A stretch of DNA of 64,000 bases from Takakia lepidozioides (GCA_030704615.1 CM060732.1:33852001-33916000), one strand, 5' to 3'; positions 38,501-53,019 are shown, counted from the first letter of the stretch. Translations and numbers: made by a program. The notes: generated by a model from the sequence alone, not told the origin.

Positions 38501-41500
38501 CGAAAATGGCTGTCCCTGGACGGCAATAGGGCCTACAACTGGAAAATGGCGCCGAATTTCCAGTTCAGGGTCAGCCACCCTGGACTTAGCCCGAAAATGG
38601 CTAAGTCCCTGAACGGCAATAGGGCCTGGAACTGAAAATGGCGCCGAATTTCCAGTTCCGGCAGGCCAGCCGTCTAGGGACTTAGCCATTTCGGAGCCCT
38701 GACTGGAAATTCGGCGCCATTTTCCCTAACACCACTTGAGGCCTAACATCATGAAATGCCAGGACTTGAAAGAAAGGCAGCGCGTATGTACCTGTACAGA
38801 AGGCGCATTGATGCTTTGTCCGCGTTCGGCTGGTCGGTGAACTCATGGCTCCGGCGAGCATCTGCTATCTCCCGAAAGAATAGGTTGGTTTTGTAGAGCA
38901 GAAAGTACCTCGTCACATAGTCACGTAGGCTCTCTGCTGCAGGAGATATCTCCATCTTGAACTGATGTGCTTGTGTGTCCAGCTGCTCTTGCGCATTCGT
39001 CGTCACCTGTGGAGATTCTCCATCAGATCGCTTCCTCAAAAAATACAATGAATCACCCCTACTAGAGTAGAAGCCCCAAACGAAGCGTGGGGAAGTACCT
39101 GAAACCACCATGTCATGCGGTTCATCCACATGTCGAATGTGGGGTCAGAGAGTTTGTCTGGTTGGGAAGCTCCACATGTCCCTGGTACTTTGGAACCATT
39201 CCAGATTTGGAGCCACCGGGTCTGTCCAACCACCCAGCATATTCGTAAGCGCCAAAACACACAAAAAAGGAGTTGTTGCCACCACAATTTGGTTAAGAAT
39301 GTATCACCTTTTCTGTTGCATGCACATAGGATGTGGCTAGACGATGGAGCTTCTCCAATGTCATCGTGGGCTTCAGAGCGCGAGAGTAGTGCTTCCCCAC
39401 CTCCACCAGAAAGTCGGCACCAAGGGCGGGATCAGCTATGGCCACGTACTTTACCATCGCGACTTGTACTTTATGCGGGCCCTCACCTCCGCAGCTTTGA
39501 CATACGATTCGAGTTCGGGAGGGTGGATTCTTCTCCTCTGACTCCATGTAGAACCTCCGCGCATGTGCCAAATCCTGCTGTACATGTGGGGCATCGCAGC
39601 AAAGTGCATGCCAACGAGGGTCAGAATAGTGCAAAAGAAGAAAGATCCACGGATGTCTGTCAAGAATGCGCACATAGATTAGAGATCCTGCTCAACACAA
39701 TTCTTCTATTGGGGGAGGAGAGACAGATTTAGCTCAACAAAAACTGTCAGGAGCTTTACCCGAAATATGTAGTCCACCATGGCGTCGACGCTCAGCCTAT
39801 ACAGGTTCTGTCTGCCTTTGCCTCCGACTTGGCAGGAGGTCGGCACTGAGGGAATTGGCAAACTCTTGCACCCCCTGCTTCCCGACATCTTCACTCGGAA
39901 GAGCAATAGGACAAGTTGGTGGCAATGAAGGCATTCTCAGTCACCCTGCAGTGCCACTTCCATCAAACAATACTGAAATGGGAATTTCCATCATATATGA
40001 GGATTCGCAATGAAATGACTTCCAAATTCAAAGTCCAAAAGCGAGAGGGGTTGAGCTTACGAGTTGATGTCGGCCATTGCCAGCTTTGAGAAGACTGCGA
40101 TCTTTGGGCCCCGCAACCTTCAGCCACAACACAATCCACGGCGAAATGCCAATCAAGGTCGTTGGGTGGGCTTGGGCAATGTGCCTCCATCCATGCCAGG
40201 AGGCGATGATTGCCGCCCACATGTAGAACATCTTACCGGACAAGTGCTGGAGGAAAAGAGGATCACTAGCAATCGATCTCTCGAAACTCCTCATTTCGCG
40301 TTTGCCAATGGGGGACCCCATTGTCCACCTCATCGGAAGTGTGGGCACGGGAAGCTCGTGGTCGTTCTCAATGGAAACGTAAAACGCGGCAGCAGACCCC
40401 ATTCGATATCCATCCCGGAAGAGAATTCAGCTTGTCGAGATCGCCTGGAGGGCAGGTCTCACCCTGCAATGACACCAAGCGGCAAAGGGGAATTCGAAGC
40501 TTGGCCGGGTATCACCATGCCCCCCAGCACCCTGCCAATGTTGCTGTGGGTTGCCTCCAACATCTTGGCAGCGGCCACAACTCATATCCGCCTCAGACAT
40601 GACGTCTGCTGCAAAGGGTTTTTCCGGCAGCCCACCAGGACCGCCAAATCCAGCCTGTATGCTCCGGGTTTGGGGCCTGGGGATGTCCGGGAGGATGTCA
40701 TCCTGGTCAGAAAGCTCCCTGTCGTCCTCCTCAACAGGGTCAGCCCTGCGAAACCACCTCCAGCACTCTCCCCGTCTCTACTGCCCTCTCCTGGCTTCAC
40801 CTTGAACTTGCACAATCCGTGCTCTTTCAGGTGTTCTTTCCTCTCCTCCACTCTCCACCGTATGGGTAATTGCGGGGGCTGCTCTTGCCGCGATGGTCTA
40901 ACCGGTGTGTACTGCCTCTCTGTGTGGTTGTCTTGGAGGGATCCACCGTCTCTGTGCGTCCCTCGCTTACATTGGCATCTGTCATTGGGCACCCCTGGCC
41001 TCTTCAGCTGCCTTTTCTCTTTCCTCCTGGCTAGCATTCTGTCTCGTCTGTTCTTTTTGCCCTCTCTTTTGCCCTATCACGGGCTTCGTTTCTTACTAGG
41101 GCTAGCAGCAGGGGAGCCCTCCAGGACGACCACCTTTGATTGAGGCGAACTGAACCCGCGGCGCACTGCTTACTCCCCCTCCGCAGCCCGTGACGGCTCT
41201 CTCGCCGGGGATGCATGTGCTTAGCTTCTTCTTTTTCTTTGCGTGGGCGGGGCCCTACTGCATGTGCATGAACAACCTCCATTGCCGGGATCTGCTGTCC
41301 TCATGTCCTCACGCCCTTCACCACCTCCCCAATGCCTATTCTGTCGTACTCTCGTTGCAAGTCTACCGTCCACCAACAAAAGGTTTAAGTTGCCCTCTCG
41401 CCCCAAGTTGGCGATTCAAACATGCGAGAGTGGAGCTGTCGATGATACCACCAGCGTGCCGGGCTGGTCGTCGTCACTTGTCATTGACAATGATCGTGAA

Positions 41501-42011
41501 AACCAACATCGGTGCAAAAACCAGCATCGCAACGAGCAGCGCAACCACCATAGCAACAATCGTGTAGCAAAAATGAAAACATAACAAGTTAGGAAGTATG
41601 GAGAGCATTGCAACAACAATGAAAACAAATGCAAACAATTGCCTGAGAATGACATGCACAAGCAGCCTTCTCCAGAGCTGCCGGATTTGCACACGCATTG
41701 CAAACAATCTAAGGTTCACTCAACTATCTAAAGTTCACTCATACAGCGAAGCCAGCCGAAGATGCAAAAACAAAGCGAGGTAAATAAAGCGAAAGCAAAA
41801 AAGAAATCAAACAAACCGAAAGCAGAAGTGGCTTGCCTGAGAGTACTCGGCTTCAGTTGGGCAGGTTGTGAGCAAGACACTGGAATCTCCTGCTGGAGCT
41901 TCAGTTTGGCCATGCGAGAGATGGCCGTCGTCCGTAGTACAGAGCTTTCAACTTCCGCCGCGGTCTGGGATGTGAGGTCTCTCTCAGGAGAGCCATGCCT
42001 TCAGGCGGCAA
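35502..42011 (-). pseudogene. ParB/Srx + beta-class DNA amino-methyltransferase-like cargo gene, copy 2
   Basis: MILLDIPDG (~36963-36990), RILDLTCGTG|ASMWAG..HVFAFEPD, and GNHRLLAW (~40200); many indels. Confidence 0.75.
37885..38730. repeat. ~95-bp intronic tandem array with two hairpins per unit
   Basis: Repeats of ACTGGAAAATGGCGCCGAATTTCCAGT and AGGGACTTAGCCCGAAAATGGCTAAGTCCCT. Confidence 0.92.
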
Positions 42012-42587
42012 AGTCCCAGCCAAAAAGATCTCCTTTTTTGGGGTACATGCCTCGAATAGCATGTTAAGCCAAGATTACATGAGATTTAGGGTACGTGGCC
42101 AGGAAAGCCATGCGTCGTCAGCCCGAATGATAACTGACGGCGGTCGAATTTATTGCCCAGGGGGCCCGGATGGAAATTCGGCGCCGAATCTCCATCCAGG
42201 GGATGTTCTCTGTCGCACACGCGCCGTCTCTGCGCTGAGGCGACTTCATCCGGGCTTGCCCGTTGGATATTGGGTGTGCAATTTCCATTCGGGGGTGGTA
42301 GTAATTGACGGCACGGTTGCCGGCTCTCTCCCCTTCAGCCGTCATCATCCGGACGGCCCCCACTTTCTGACTGCATACCGTTGGCAGTTATTGCACAAAG
42401 ACCAGGGCCGCATTCCGGAGACAAGGTTATTAACACTCTGACTGTGGATTTTTGAGATAGTTGGCTCCTTGGATTGGATCAGGCTCGTCGCTCGGACAAA
42501 TCGGCATCGCCATTCATCCATCGCTGCATCCCCCTTATAAGGGAGCTTCCCCGCACGCCATCCTGGCAGTCTTGTGTGCCAATCTCC

Positions 42588-43552
42588 ATGGCGGAAAACC
42601 CGGAGCGCTAAGTGTACTGCCCTCCTCACGAGCATAGAGCTTCATTCCGTGCAGAGGGGACACCTGCCGGGTGATGGAGAAAGATCTGTGCGTTCGATAC
42701 AACTGAACCCGGGTCGGTTTTTTGGAGGAGGAAAGGAAGGACTCTAACGGCCTTGTTGTCGAGAGTATTGTGTGCTCCACGATGATTCGGCGATGGCAGG
42801 GAAATGGCGAGTTCCACATCGGACAACGTCATATACAGGGCTGTTGGGGACTTCATTTGCCCGCCAAATGAACCTCTATCCTGGCGCCTTCCACGAAACA
42901 ATCCGCGAATCAGAGAGTGGCTACCTCAAAGAGAGAAGTCCGAAATGAAGTAGTATACCAGAGCCAAACCCATCCATGAAGACGAGCGAGAACCGGGTTG
43001 TTCACAACCTGTCCGACTTAGACGGGGGCATGGAAGAAGTTCCGAGGTCGTCCTGGAGATCAGGACAAGTCCTCAATGGACGTCAGTGGAGGAGGGAGTC
43101 ATATTCCCAGCACGAGCACCGCAGTTGATATATCTTGAAATATGCGAGGGCTTCACCTGGAGGGACACCGGGCGGAGCTGGCCGGGGCTGGACGACAACA
43201 AGTTCGCAATGAAATCGGTACATGCCTTCCCGCCGCGTCGACGGTAATATCTTCTTTGAGTTCCCTCCTCGGGCGGACTACTCGAGGGCGTCGGACGGAT
43301 GTTGACAGATATGGATAGAAAACAGACGGTCATCCTGGGGCGTTACCAAAACCACCAGCCATGAAGATGATCGATGGTTGTGCGGCACGTTGTTTGTGAG
43401 GGCGCGTTGCGAGTTTCTCCCCAACTTGCTTACACTGTAAAATCCAGAGGTCACAGAACGAGACCGATTTGGGACAAGCACAGGCTCACCAACCATTCGA
43501 GGCTCAGGAGAAGGTAGAACTCCACATTTAAGTGTGCGCATTGCAAAGAACC
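42588..43552 (+). pseudogene. 5' part of the family A transposase, copy 2
   Basis: ATGGCGGAAAACC start; matches the reverse complement of 52718-51740; many indels. Confidence 0.75.
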
Positions 43553-44052
43553 NNNNNNNNNNNNNNNNNNNNNNNNNNNNNNNNNNNNNNNNNNNNNNNN
43601 NNNNNNNNNNNNNNNNNNNNNNNNNNNNNNNNNNNNNNNNNNNNNNNNNNNNNNNNNNNNNNNNNNNNNNNNNNNNNNNNNNNNNNNNNNNNNNNNNNNN
43701 NNNNNNNNNNNNNNNNNNNNNNNNNNNNNNNNNNNNNNNNNNNNNNNNNNNNNNNNNNNNNNNNNNNNNNNNNNNNNNNNNNNNNNNNNNNNNNNNNNNN
43801 NNNNNNNNNNNNNNNNNNNNNNNNNNNNNNNNNNNNNNNNNNNNNNNNNNNNNNNNNNNNNNNNNNNNNNNNNNNNNNNNNNNNNNNNNNNNNNNNNNNN
43901 NNNNNNNNNNNNNNNNNNNNNNNNNNNNNNNNNNNNNNNNNNNNNNNNNNNNNNNNNNNNNNNNNNNNNNNNNNNNNNNNNNNNNNNNNNNNNNNNNNNN
44001 NNNNNNNNNNNNNNNNNNNNNNNNNNNNNNNNNNNNNNNNNNNNNNNNNNNN
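43553..44052. other. Assembly gap (500 N)
   Basis: Run of N. Confidence 1.
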
Positions 44053-47000
44053 ACCAGAATGAGATGAGAGCTCCTGTGAATGAGGGCCCAGTGGTGGCAG
44101 CTCAACATGGTTAGGCCAGTGTGTGTACCAGAAGTAAGTACAATGATAGTAACAGAAGCAAAGCCAAACTAATACCTCCAGTATTGAGGAGGATGATGAT
44201 AATGGAATGGCAAGGTGTGGCAGTGATATATCTGAAGATGATGAGGGCTTGGAGAGATGAGAAAGGAACTGCACAAGAAGGTGGCAGATACCATAAGGGA
44301 AATGCAGAGAGTACTGATATTCCTGTGGCAGATTCCTCTGATTCCGATGGAGAAGAAGAAGTGGAGTGAGGATGAAAGGAAGAGAAGAAGATGCAGACAT
44401 GCAAAGTAATGAAGAGGACTTTGGTTGAAGTAATATTGCCAGACCAAAGCAGAGATTATCATTGGACAGCTATTGGCTGTGGCACCTTATTGTAGGCACA
44501 GGCTGTATCAAGCAATCAATCGAATTGCCCAAGGAGGACAGGAAACACAGACCTGAACAGCCAAAGGTGACCAGTTTATAATGTGAAGCCCGGAAGTAAT
44601 GGGGGGAGGAGAAACAGTCATGGACTTGATGATTCTATGCCAGAATCCAATTGAGAATTGGAAAGACACAAAACTAAACTGATGTACTGATAGATGGAGG
44701 TTCTGGTGGAGTGAATATCATGACAGACCAATTAAGAAAGAAGGCTGGTCTAAGTAAAGTAACATGAAAACCAGCCCCATTACAAGTAAACAATGGCCAG
44801 ATCAAAGTAGAAGTGTACAGCCATTGGGATTAATAAGAGGAGTTAAGATAACAGATACAAAGAAGATGATCTTTATGTCACAGTAACTGGTCGTGAAGAT
44901 GGATGAAGTCATGAGGCTTACTCCTTAATTGGGACGTCCGTGGCGATGTCCGTGGCTGAAAACAGGCCAGGTATTCTATCACTGGAATTCTCAGTTACTA
45001 ACCGTGCATAATGGGATACACGAGGATACAAAATTACCAACAAAGAATCTTCTAGTAGATACCTGCTACGAGAAGACCTCGAGGGGTCAGAGAGTATGAC
45101 TGGAGAGGAGGACTGGATGAGGAGCAGGAAGCTACCCTGTTTGCTGCACACCCAGAGTGGGGAGCAGGTTGCAGAGATGCGGCTGGAAAGCCTAAGTTGT
45201 TTAAGAGGTATCTGCTGTGGTGGTTAGTGTCAGCAAGCAACACCAACTGAAGAGGGAGACCAGCAGTTACCCATCATATTTTCTATGAAGAAAGGAGAAG
45301 GAGAAATGGAAATCCTAGAGGAAACCAGCCACTGTGAGTTTACAGGATGGAAGGGGTGACTGGTTGGACAATCACAGCAAGTGAGGGAAGTGAATGTGGG
45401 AACTAAAAGAGAACCAAGGAGGTGAAGGTAGGAGCTGATTTGGAGCCAGAATTCTTTGAAGAAGCTAAGAGTTTGTCATCAAATACAGAGGATGTATTTG
45501 CTTGGAGCTATGAGGATCTAAAAGGGATACCACCTGAAATCTGTCAGCATTAAGATTGAACTGGAACAGGGTCAGTACCAATCAAGCAGGCAAGGTACAG
45601 AGAATGATCCCAACTAACGCACAGAAGGTTGGAAGAAGAGATCAAGAAGTTGGCTGAGGCTAAGTTTATATCCCCAATAGAGTATACAACTTGGTTGTCA
45701 CCCATTGTATATTTCCAAGAAGAATGGTAAACTAAGAGTTTGTGTGACTACAAAGAAGCTGAATGCTTGTACGAAGAAAGAAAAATCCTTTCCCTTTGCC
45801 ATTCACAGAAGCAGGATTATGCACAACTGTGGCAGGCCATGAGATGTACTCATTCATGGATGGCTTCAGTGGTTATAATCAAGTGAGGCAGAGTGGCAAG
45901 AAGAAGATCAAGGAAAGACAGCTTTCATCACAGACTGGGGTGCTTATGCATACAAAGTCATGCCCTTGGACTGTTTGTAATGCACCAGCAACCTTTCAGA
46001 GAGAGTGATAAGTGAATCTTTTCATGATATCTGGATGATTTCATGCAGGTGTTCTTGGATGATTTCAGTGTGTATAGCTCTAAGAATGAGCACTTGCATA
46101 AATTGGAGTATGTCCTGGCCAGATGCGTAGGATGAGAGGTCTGGCCTGAATCCAGAGAAATGTACTTTCTGTGTGACTCGGCGGCTTCTGGGGACACATT
46201 GTGTGTAAGAAGGGACTTCTTGTGGATCCCAGGAAGACAGATGTCATTAAAGCCTCTCCACCACCAGTGGGAATGTTAAGAGTCTAAGGAGATTCCTTGG
46301 GCAAACCAGTTATTACAGAAGATTTGTCCAAAAGGTATGCACAAATAGCAGGCCCCATTGAGCAAGCTTCTGAAGAAAGATATAGTGTTTGCATGGACAG
46401 CTGAATGCAACAGGCTTTGAGGAACTTACACTGTCAAGTAACAACTACACCTGTGCTGATGAACCCTCACTGACATATAGTATTTCAAGTTCACTGTGAT
46501 GCCTCAGGAGAAGCGTTGGGAGTAGTGTTAGCCCAGAATGTTACAGGGAATATAGATTCACCTGTGTACTATGCCAGCAGGTTGATGAACAGTGCTGAAA
46601 AGGAACTATAGCACAACTGAAAGAGAAGCACTGGCAATGATTTATGCAGTCAAGAAATTCAGGCATTACCTATTGGAAGAAAAGAAAGTTTATGTTTTAT
46701 GTGGATCACCAGGCTCTGATATATCTGGTGAACAAACCTTTGATAAGTGGAAGGATAGCGATGGTGGTTAATAATCTTGCATGAGTTTGAGTTCGAGTTG
46801 TTTACAAGCTTGGCCGTTTGCATCTTGTGGCAGAATCATTTGTCACGACTAACAACAGGAGAGGCCGCCACAGGAGTAGACGATCAGTTACCTGATGCGA
46901 GTGCGAGTTATTTGTAATGGAGGTGCAAGGAAGTGCATATGAAGGTTAGATTGGCAGTGGCCAATCAGATACTACCTTACTCATGGTCAATGCCCACCCA

Positions 47001-47922
47001 GTTATGGTAAGGAGCAGAGGAAGAGAATCGCTATCAAGGCTTTACCTTTTACTATGGTAGGAAGCAGAATGTATATAGCTAGGACCTGATGGAGTACTAA
47101 AACGATGCTTGTACCACCATGAAGTAAGTAAAGTTTTTTGGAGGAAGTTCATAAAGGAGTGGCTGGAGGTCATTTTGGAGAAGAGACTACCAGTAGGAAG
47201 ATACTACTCGCAGGTTACTGGTGGCCTACTTGTTCAAAGATGTACACAAGTATTGTCAGAGTTGTGATGAATGTCAGAGGCTAGGACCTTTGCAGAGATC
47301 TGGAAAGATGGCCTTGCATCCTACAATGCCTACGGAACCATTTCAGAAATGGGGACTAGACTTTGTTGGACCAATTAACCCACCAGCCAAGAATACACGG
47401 AACAGGTACATAATTACAGCCACTGATTATACTACGAAGTGGGTGGAAGCTAAAGTTTGAGGGACAACACAGCCAAGTCCACAACAAAGGTCCTGTATGA
47501 CGAGAACATACTTACACGATTTGGCTGTCCCTTGGAATTTATCAGTGATCAGGGAAGTCACTTCATTAATGAGACCATTGAATTATTGACTAAAGAGTTC
47601 ATAATTGTGCATAGGAAAAGTACAACATATTACCCACAGGGTAATGGACAGGCAGAGGCTACCAACAAAATACTGTGTACTATCTTGGCTAAGATAGTCA
47701 GCACAGAACGGATTGGGATACAAAGCTGCTGACAGCTTTGTGGTCATACAGGACTTCATATAAAGTCACCACTAAGTATACACCATTCCAATTAGTTTAT
47801 GGTATGGAAGCTTTACTTTCAGTGGAATTCCTGTTACCTACCATGAGAACGGAATGGGGAAAGAGAATGGAATTGCAATATTCAATTAAGGTCAGGAAAC
47901 ATGAATTATACCATGTGGAAGA
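44053..47922 (+). mobile_element. Ty3/gypsy element 3 fragment (PR-RT-RH-INT), heavily frameshifted
   Basis: Colinear with ~13897-17672; dense 1-4 bp indels suggest uncorrected read errors. Confidence 0.9.
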
Positions 47923-48352
47923 TCTATGTGCTCTATAGGGATTTGCCTCTGGTATATGGATGAAGATTCAAGGTGGGCCTTGACGAAGCTCTCTATCACC
48001 CGCTCTATCTCAAGCTGATGAGTCCTCCTTGTATGCCATCAGGGTCTTCTGCAAAACCTCGGGTGAAACCGACCCTGTTCCCCCGCTAAACATTCAGCAC
48101 TATCTGGAGTCGTCGATGTTAATGGTTTCTGAGTGCTCCCTTGCAATCGCCAATTCGATCCTGCAGAGTGGCGATGGATGTCTAAAGATCATTCACCATT
48201 TTTTGCGTACACGTTTAAGCTTGGTTACTCTCTCCTTAAACCTCCTGGTGTTTTCTCGGATAAGTGGAATGCAAAATGGTGTTATATGCCCTACCTTCCG
48301 ACATGTTTGAATCAAATGAAGGATGTCTGGAGGAAAGACCCGGGCTGCGAAG
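47923..48352 (+). mobile_element. L1-like LINE 3' fragment, left half (insertion target)
   Basis: DKWNAKW..MKDVWRK continues after the TSD into a zf-RVT-like region. Confidence 0.55.
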
Positions 48353-48400
48353 GAGGTTTGCTATTTCATGAGCATGAGCGGCATGAGCGGCATGAGCAGA
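48353..48400 (+). repeat. Left TIR with CATGAGC(GG) subrepeats
   Basis: Inverted match to ~62383-62433. Confidence 0.9.
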
Positions 48401-48599
48401 GTAGTAACACAATCGGTTTTCATGAGCAGAAGTACAAATTTCGAAAATAAAAAACAATAAAAAACAATAAAAAACAATAATTTAATGCAATGTGTCAGAA
48501 AAAACAAATATATTATTCGGCCCCTTGAAGGGAAAATTGCACTTTTGACAGTTGTGCTCATGATATTTTGTCTTCCGCTCATGCCAATTCCTAGCGACA

Positions 48600-48970
48600 T
48601 GTGCAAATATGGCGCCGAATTTCGCGGTAATAGGGTCCGTAACCTGAAAAAACGGCGACGTATTTCGCGGCAATAGGTCTCTCTGGCGAAAAATGGTGCC
48701 GAATTCCGCGGCTATAGGTCCCCTCATGACAGGTAATTCGGCGCATTTTTCCAGTGCATGTTCGGACTTAGCCAGTTTTCGGCCCAAAAAAGAGAAATTC
48801 GGCGCCATTTTTCCAGACACGGTACCAGTGCATGTTGGGACTTAGCCAGTTTTCGGCCCCAAAAAGAGAAATTCGGCGCCATTTTCCCAAACACAGGTAC
48901 CAGTGCATGTTGGGACTTAGCGAGTTTTCGGCCCCAAAAAGAGAAATTCGGCGCCATTTTTCCAGAAATG
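48600..48970. repeat. Subterminal array (~75-bp units) with AAATTCGGCGCC and GGACTTAGCC motifs
   Basis: Units start near 48752, 48826 and 48901; motifs are shared with the intronic array. Confidence 0.85.
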
Positions 48971-49138
48971 GCCCCAGAACTGCTTCTGTTGGATCTCAGT
49001 TTGAATGGAATATTGCCTCATTCCAGGAGTTTTGGGGTGCATTTTACAATGCAAAAAAAAAAGTCTGATACAGCAAAATGCATTTGAAAATATCCATATG
49101 GAGGATTCCGTTTGCCCCATCAATGATTTCTGGAATCC

Positions 49139-52100
49139 CTAAGAAGGAGTTTGCAGCTCGTTCACGCTCAACGCCGGTGCATGAATAAAGTCATCAATAG
49201 TCACGTTCATCCTCAACCTCTTCAGGTAAATGTAATACAGATGCTTGCACGGATAATACTTCGAACCCTTCTTTGCTTCCATCAACGAGAAGTCCGTACA
49301 GTTGCAAGTCGGCTCCACTCCAATCGTAATTGTGTATACATCGTCGCGTACAGCCGAGCCGGCCGTTGCCATCCGATACACACGCCCAAGGCCGGGTGGG
49401 GGTACGTCCACGGAGCTCTGAATAGTGCAAGCCATCCCAAGAGCATTGGCAATCCGAGTCTCATTCAACTTGTTGGGAGGGTGTCGTCTCTTCACTCTTC
49501 CGAATCGCATTGTGGGATGTGCAGAATTGTCCAATCCGTCTCTACTGGACCGAGCAGTATGCAATGGCTGGGTCTGAGGAACCGGAAATGCGTGGGCCGG
49601 ATGATGTGTGTGCGTTGCACCATTCGAAATCCTGCTGCAGATATAGAGCATCCGCCTCATTCTGAGAGAGGCTGCAACCCGGTGCAACAGGCCAGACGCC
49701 CGGAGGCTCCGGCATTCCCTGAATCCCGTACTTGGGCTTGCCAAATACACAGGTCATTATGTCGTGCCTACAGAACCAAAATGTCTGCGTTGTGGCGTGA
49801 GCAAATGTGGGAGTCAAAAATCTGCCGCTGAAACAAGGTGCAGGTACAGCACCGTGTGGGTTCCTCCGAATCATCTCACCACAGCGTGCTCTCGTATCCA
49901 CCCGGATGGCGCAACACTTCCCCTCGAAATGCCGGCAATGTCCTCGCAATTCTCCACTGTGACTCCGACACTCTTGTCTCCACAATGGGAATGTTGTATT
50001 GCTTTACTACAGATGGCTCGTTATGTTGCCGGGGCACGCGCCCTGTGCTCAAAGGAGATGGCGATCTTGAACGTGCAGGACTTCCGGTGCTCGACGAGAC
50101 CTCCTCGGACAACATCACCGGACCACGAGGGAGCGTGCGAATATTCTTGTCAGCTCGCCATGAATCCTCTTCTCCGCCAGGTGCCTCGTCAAGTCTTCGT
50201 CTCACTGGACGGGTATGAACATCTCCTTCCAAATGTTGGCCTCTTCGCAGCAATGGCGTGTCCCGAAGGCCCTCTCGCAAGGCCGCCGCCCACTTCCGAG
50301 GATTCTTCGATCTGGAGGCAGTCCGCATCAGCATTTCCTGCCTGTCCGGCCCCCAAGCCCACTGTTTCCCTTTCAAGAACTCGTTGTACCTGCATTGCTG
50401 CATAATTGACCTCACAATGTCCTCCGTTGTGGCAGTGAGGATGTCCACCAGATGCGCCGCAGAGGAGGCACGCCAGGAAGAGTGCACTGATTCGGCCATG
50501 TTTGTCGTGGGCATGTCGGTGTCGGAGTCGAGACACATTTCCTGCACAAGCACATGTTGAGGTTACAAGCAAGTTACAAATATGGCCAAGAATAATATCC
50601 AACGGGACGCGAATTCGTGCAACTCACCTCCCGCATATAGTCGCCGAACTGGAGGAAACGATAATGCCACCATGCTAGCCAACTGACCATTGCTCCTTCG
50701 TCTGATTTCCTTACAGCACCTGACGATGTCCACCAAGCCCGTATGCATGCAAACTGTGTCTCTGCATCATCCAAGGTGGGAGCGCGCTTCCACGCAAGGC
50801 ACATGGAACGGTGCTCCTCTCTGAAATCTGGCGCCACGAGCCTGGTTGTGTACTGCGAAAGGCTCTGCAGAAAGTGGAACCCACAAGATCTCTCCTTGCC
50901 TTCCATGGGAACATTGGGGTCTTGCCCGTACACCCTTCGGATGGCAGCCCAATTTGCTTGTGCGTTGTCCGCCATGAAACCACGGAAATTGGGAGGGGGC
51001 AATCCCGCCTTGGCCATCTGTTCGTTTATTCCCTGCCAAAGAAGCATCTCCGATTGTGTGTCCTCTCCTTTCATCTCACAAATAGCAATTGTCATTAGCA
51101 TCCTGCAGTGGGTGTCGTAGACATGTGCACCCATTGTCACCCACTGGTGATTGTAATTCGCTTGATATGGTCGAACATGACCCACTGTTTGACAAGTTCC
51201 CACTCGTCATCCTGTCGACCAGTTCGACGCCACTGCCAGGTCCACACGTGGACATTTTGAATACGAAACAACGATCTGCCTCAGTCCCTTGTCCTGGAAA
51301 CCTACTTCCATGAATGTAGTCATATCCACATCGTCGCTTCACCTCCAGAATGGAGTGCATATCCGAGCCACGCCCAATTTTCTGTTTGCAAGAGACAATG
51401 TGGTTTCGGACATTCGGTGAACATACGTGGGACACCGACTCGAGCAATGCCTCCATTTCCTTCTCGTCGAGAGGAACTCTATCCGAGCCGTCTTCCGACA
51501 TAATTCTGGCCAATGCCATCTTATGGGCGGCTTGGAGCTGTATCTGTTTGGGTTTGGCACCCGGTCTCAACTTAACCTCCTCCTGAACGAGCTGCTCTGC
51601 TTCGTGGGCAGCCTCCCGCGAGTTCCCCCTCGCCAATTTGTGACAATGGGAACCAACGTGTATGCAAGCTCGGGTGAGGTCAGGGAAACGGTGCAACACA
51701 TAGAACTGCTTGGCATTACAAACAGACATGCAGTGTGGTGGTTCTTTGCAATGCGCACACTTAAATGTGGAGTTCGGAACCTTCTCCTGAGCTCGAAATG
51801 GTTGGTGAGCTGTGCCTGTCCAATCGGTCTCGTTCCTGTGACCTCTGGATTTAAAAGTGGAAGCAAGTTGGGGAGAAACACCGCAACGCGCCCGCACAAA
51901 CAACGTAGCGCACCCGCACACCATCAAGCATCTTCATGCTGGTGGTTTTGGTAACGCACCAAGGATGACCGTCATGTTTTCTATCCATATCTGTCAACAT
52001 TCCGGACGCCCTCGAGTAGTCCGCCCGAGGAGGGAACTCAAAGAAGACATTACCGTCGACGTCGGCGGGAAGGCATGTAACGATTTAATTGCGAACTTGC

Positions 52101-52718
52101 TGTAGTCCAGCCCGGCCAGCTCCGACCGGTGGTCCCTCCAGGTGAAGCCCTCGCAGAATTTCTAGAATAGATCGAACTGCGGTGCTCGTGCTGGGAATAT
52201 GACTCCCTCCTCCACTGACGTCCATTGAGGACTTGCCTGATCTCCAGGACGACCTCGGAACTTCCATGACCTCGTCTGAGTCGGACAGGTTGTGAACAAC
52301 CCGGTTCTCGGTCGTCTTCATGGATGGGTTCGGCTCTGGATTTACTTCGTTGCGGACTTCTCTCTTTGAGGTACCCACTCTCTGATTCGCGGATTGTTTC
52401 GTGGAAGGCGCCAGGATAGACGGTGCATTTGGCGGGCAAATGAAGTCCCCAACAGCCCTGTATATGACGCTGTCCGATGGTGGAACTCGCCATTCCCTGC
52501 CATCGCCGAAATCATCGTGGAGCACACAACAATACTCTCGACAACAAGGCCGTTTGAGTCCTTCCTTTCCTCCTCCAAAAAAACCGACCCCGGTTTCAGG
52601 TGGTATCGAACGCACAGATATATTTCTCCATCACCCGGCAGGTGTCCCCTCTGCACGGAAATGAAGCTCTATGCTCGTGAGGAGGGCAGTACACTGTAGC
52701 GCTCGGGTTTTCCGCCAT
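49139..52718 (-). CDS. Mutator-like transposase: GCM/WRKY-like Zn domain, DDE, C-terminal SWIM; spliced; frameshifted in this assembly
   Basis: FMADNAQANWAAIRRVYG..ERSCGFH, TTNMAESVHSSW, SWIM YTITIGVEPTCNCTDF..PCKHLYYI; intron ~50627-50542. Confidence 0.85.
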
Positions 52719-53019
52719 GGGAGATGTGCACACAAGACTGCCAGGATGGCGTGCGGGGAAGCTCCCTGGTAGAAGGGGGTGCAGCGATGGGATGGGAATG
52801 AATGCGATGCCGATTTGTCCGAGCGACGAAGCCTGATCCAAATCCAGGGAGCCAACTATCTCAAAAATCCACAGTCAGAGTGTTAATGAACCTTGTCTCC
52901 GGAATGCGCCCCCTCGTCTTTGCGCAATAACTGCCAACGGTATGCAGTCAGAAAGTGGGGGGCCGTCCGGATGATGACGGCTGAAGGGGATAAGCCGGCA
53001 CCGTGCCGTCACATTACTA

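Larger units (their letters stand above)
35281..43552. mobile_element. Family A ParB-MTase Mutator-like transposon, copy 2 (inverted relative to copy 3; spacer array deleted; runs into the gap)
   Basis: Begins with the TIR GGGGGCTGCTATTTCATGAGC; colinear with the reverse complement of 62433-~51740, apart from a ~2.3-kb deletion. Confidence 0.92.

Noticed and set aside
44053-47922. Programmed frameshifting or ancient decay explaining the dense frameshifts
   Set aside because: Indels cluster in homopolymers with few substitutions, which is more consistent with sequencing error. The same caveat applies to frameshifts in transposon copies 2 and 3.
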